30,316 nt of DNA, taken from UHGV virus genome UHGV-0320916, one strand, 5' to 3'. Numbering within the stretch: the first letter of the stretch is position 1; each line of letters opens with the position of its first letter. Source of the DNA: a virus. The notes under the pieces are model-generated. The model was not told where the DNA came from. It saw only the letters and a list, made by a program, of their open reading frames with translations, and made no database searches. Positions 28,617 through 30,316 of this stretch are shown here, piece by piece. Position numbers and translations under genes: made by a program.

Positions 28617-29113
28617 TGCCTCCATCATTACGAAAAGCCGTTGCTGCTGCTATTGGTGGCGGAGCAATTGCTATAGCATCAGTGTTAATCACTGGCCCAA
28701 GTGGTAACGATGGTCTGGAAGGTGTCAGCTACATACCATACAAAGATATTGTTGGTGTATGGACTGTATGTCACGGGCATACAGGAAAAGACATCATGCT
28801 CGGTAAAACGTATACCAAAGCAGAATGCAAAGCACTCTTGAATAAAGACCTTGCCACTGTCGCCAGACAAATTAACCCGTACATCACAGTCGATATACCG
28901 GAAACAACGCGCGGCGCTCTTTACTCATTCGTTTACAACGTGGGTGCTGGTAATTTCAGAACATCGACGCTTCTTCGCAAAATAAACCAGGGCGATATCA
29001 AAGGCGCATGTGATCAGCTACGTCGCTGGACATATGCTGGCGGTAAGCAATGGAAAGGTCTCATGACTCGTCGTGAGATTGAGCGTGAAATCTGTTTGTG
29101 GGGTCAGCAATGA
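28616..29113 (+). CDS. rrrD: SAR endolysin (phage 21 R-type lysozyme)
   Basis: N-terminal signal-anchor [20 protein letters not shown] followed by lysozyme domain ...[26 protein letters not shown]... Confidence 0.9.
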   Translation: MPPSLRKAVAAAIGGGAIAIASVLITGPSGNDGLEGVSYIPYKDIVGVWTVCHGHTGKDIMLGKTYTKAECKALLNKDLATVARQINPYITVDIPETTRGALYSFVYNVGAGNFRTSTLLRKINQGDIKGACDQLRRWTYAGGKQWKGLMTRREIEREICLWGQQ

Positions 29114-29571
29114 ACAGAGTAACCGCGATTATCTCCGCTCTGGTTATCTGCATCATCGTCTGCCTGTCATGGGCTGTTAATCATTACCGTGATAACGCCA
29201 TTACCTACAAAGCCCAGCGCGACAAAAATGCCAGAGAACTGAAGCTGGCGAACGCGGCAATTACTGACATGCAGATGCGTCAGCGTGATGTTGCTGCGCT
29301 CGATGCAAAATACACGAAGGAGTTAGCTGATGCGAAAGCTGAAAATGATGCTCTGCGTGATGATGTTGCCGCTGGTCGTCGTCGGTTGCACATCAAAGCA
29401 GTCTGTCAGTCAGTGCGTGAAGCCACCACCGCCTCCGGCGTGGATAATGCAGCCTCCCCCCGACTGGCAGACACCGCTGAACGGGATTATTTCACCCTCA
29501 GAGAGAGGCTGATCACTATGCAAAAACAACTGGAAGGAACCCAGAAGTATATTAATGAGCAGTGCAGATAG
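29110..29571 (+). CDS. rzpD: Spanin inner-membrane subunit Rz
   Basis: [55 protein letters not shown]...; ATGA overlap with R stop. Confidence 0.88.
   Translation: MNRVTAIISALVICIIVCLSWAVNHYRDNAITYKAQRDKNARELKLANAAITDMQMRQRDVAALDAKYTKELADAKAENDALRDDVAAGRRRLHIKAVCQSVREATTASGVDNAASPRLADTAERDYFTLRERLITMQKQLEGTQKYINEQCR
29330..29512 (+). CDS. rzoD: Spanin outer-membrane lipoprotein Rz1, embedded in the +1 frame of Rz
   Basis: [60 protein letters not shown]; lipobox VVGC, Pro-rich. Confidence 0.85.
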   Translation: MRKLKMMLCVMMLPLVVVGCTSKQSVSQCVKPPPPPAWIMQPPPDWQTPLNGIISPSERG

Positions 29572-29602
29572 AGCTGCCCATATCGATGGGCAACTCATGC
29601 AA

Positions 29603-29896
29603 TTATTGTGAGCAATACACACGCGCTTCCAGCGGAGTATAAATGCCTAAAGTAATAAAACCGAGAAATCCATTTACGAATGTTTGCTGGGTTTCTGTTT
29701 TAACAACATTTTCTGCGCCGCCACAAATTTTGGCTGCATCAACAGTTTTCTCCTGTCCAATTCCCGAAACGAAGAAATGATGGGTGATGGTTTCCTTTGG
29801 TGTTACTGCTGTCGGTTTGTTTCCAACAGTAAACGTCTGTTGAGCACATCCTGTAATAAGCATTGCCAGAGCGGCAGAAAACAACATTTTTTTCAT
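29603..29896 (-). CDS. bor: Bor lipoprotein (serum-resistance family)
   Basis: MKKMLFSAALAMLITGCAQQTFTVGNKPTAVTPKETITHHFFVSGIGQEKTVDAAKICGGAENVVKTETQQTFVNGFLGFITLGIYTPLEARVYCSQ. Confidence 0.9.
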   Translation of the reverse strand: MKKMLFSAALAMLITGCAQQTFTVGNKPTAVTPKETITHHFFVSGIGQEKTVDAAKICGGAENVVKTETQQTFVNGFLGFITLGIYTPLEARVYCSQ

Positions 29897-30019
29897 CTTA
29901 TTATCCTGCATTGTTAAAAACGGCAGAATCCTATGTGACAACAATTAAACGATAGTTAAATGGATTGATGAAAATTAAAACTATATAGGTGGATGCTCAG
30001 CCTATTGGAGGAGGGGGGG

Positions 30020-30316
30020 CACTCAGAATCCTGTGGAATGAAATAAACCGCTCTATCTGAACCGCCCCGGGTTTCCTGGAGAGTGTTTTATCTGTGAACT
30101 CAGACTGCCAGATCATCGTTTCCGATGGAAGCATAATAAGCTTTTTCTGCTTCTGCCGGAGGAGTATGGCCCAGCCTTTCCAGCAATCGTCGATTGTTAT
30201 ACCAGTCCACCCACGTGAGTGTGGCCAGTTCCACTTCTGCACGGTTTTTCCAGCTCTTACGGTGTATTACCTCCGCTTTGTAAAGACCATTGATGCTCTC
30301 CGCCATCGCGTTGTCA
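30020..30316 (-). mobile_element. IS3-family insertion sequence, partial: C-terminal ~70 codons of the transposase (30100..30316, minus strand) continuing beyond the window; element end lies somewhere in 30020-30099
   Basis: Translation ...DNAMAESINGLYKAEVIHRKSWKNRAEVELATLTWVDWYNNRRLLERLGHTPPAEAEKAYYASIGNDDLAV* fits the conserved C-terminus of IS3-family OrfB transposases; terminal inverted repeat not identified. Confidence 0.6.

Noticed and set aside
29997-30242. 81-aa minus-strand ORF overlapping the IS region
   Set aside because: Different frame from the transposase fragment and spans the likely IS terminus; no homology or RBS support.

Overview
This window is almost entirely lambdoid prophage DNA of the Escherichia coli lambda/DLP12 type, with a foreign GC-rich segment at the left edge. 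Positions 1-736 carry the 5' part of a murC-like gene (minus strand) whose coding sequence breaks at ~150 into a 150-bp inverted copy of itself, fused to a 5'-truncated tail gene J. Positions 737-11534 are a phage right arm: J (C-terminal ~780 aa), lom, a side tail fibre (stf) with 189-bp periodic repeats, three small genes, two tfa remnants flanking a SAM methyltransferase, then an AT-rich cargo island with a secreted alpha/beta hydrolase and ompT. At 11957-12001 sits a 45-nt 3' fragment of tRNA-Arg (the argU att core), followed 16 bp later by a DLP12-type integrase and a near-complete lambda-like early, immunity, replication, nin, Q and lysis region ending in bor and an IS3-family transposase fragment. 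The best candidate for an undescribed system is the two-gene overlapping cassette at 19118-20424, which occupies the rexA-rexB slot directly downstream of cI. All identifications are from reading translations against remembered protein families; no database search was run.
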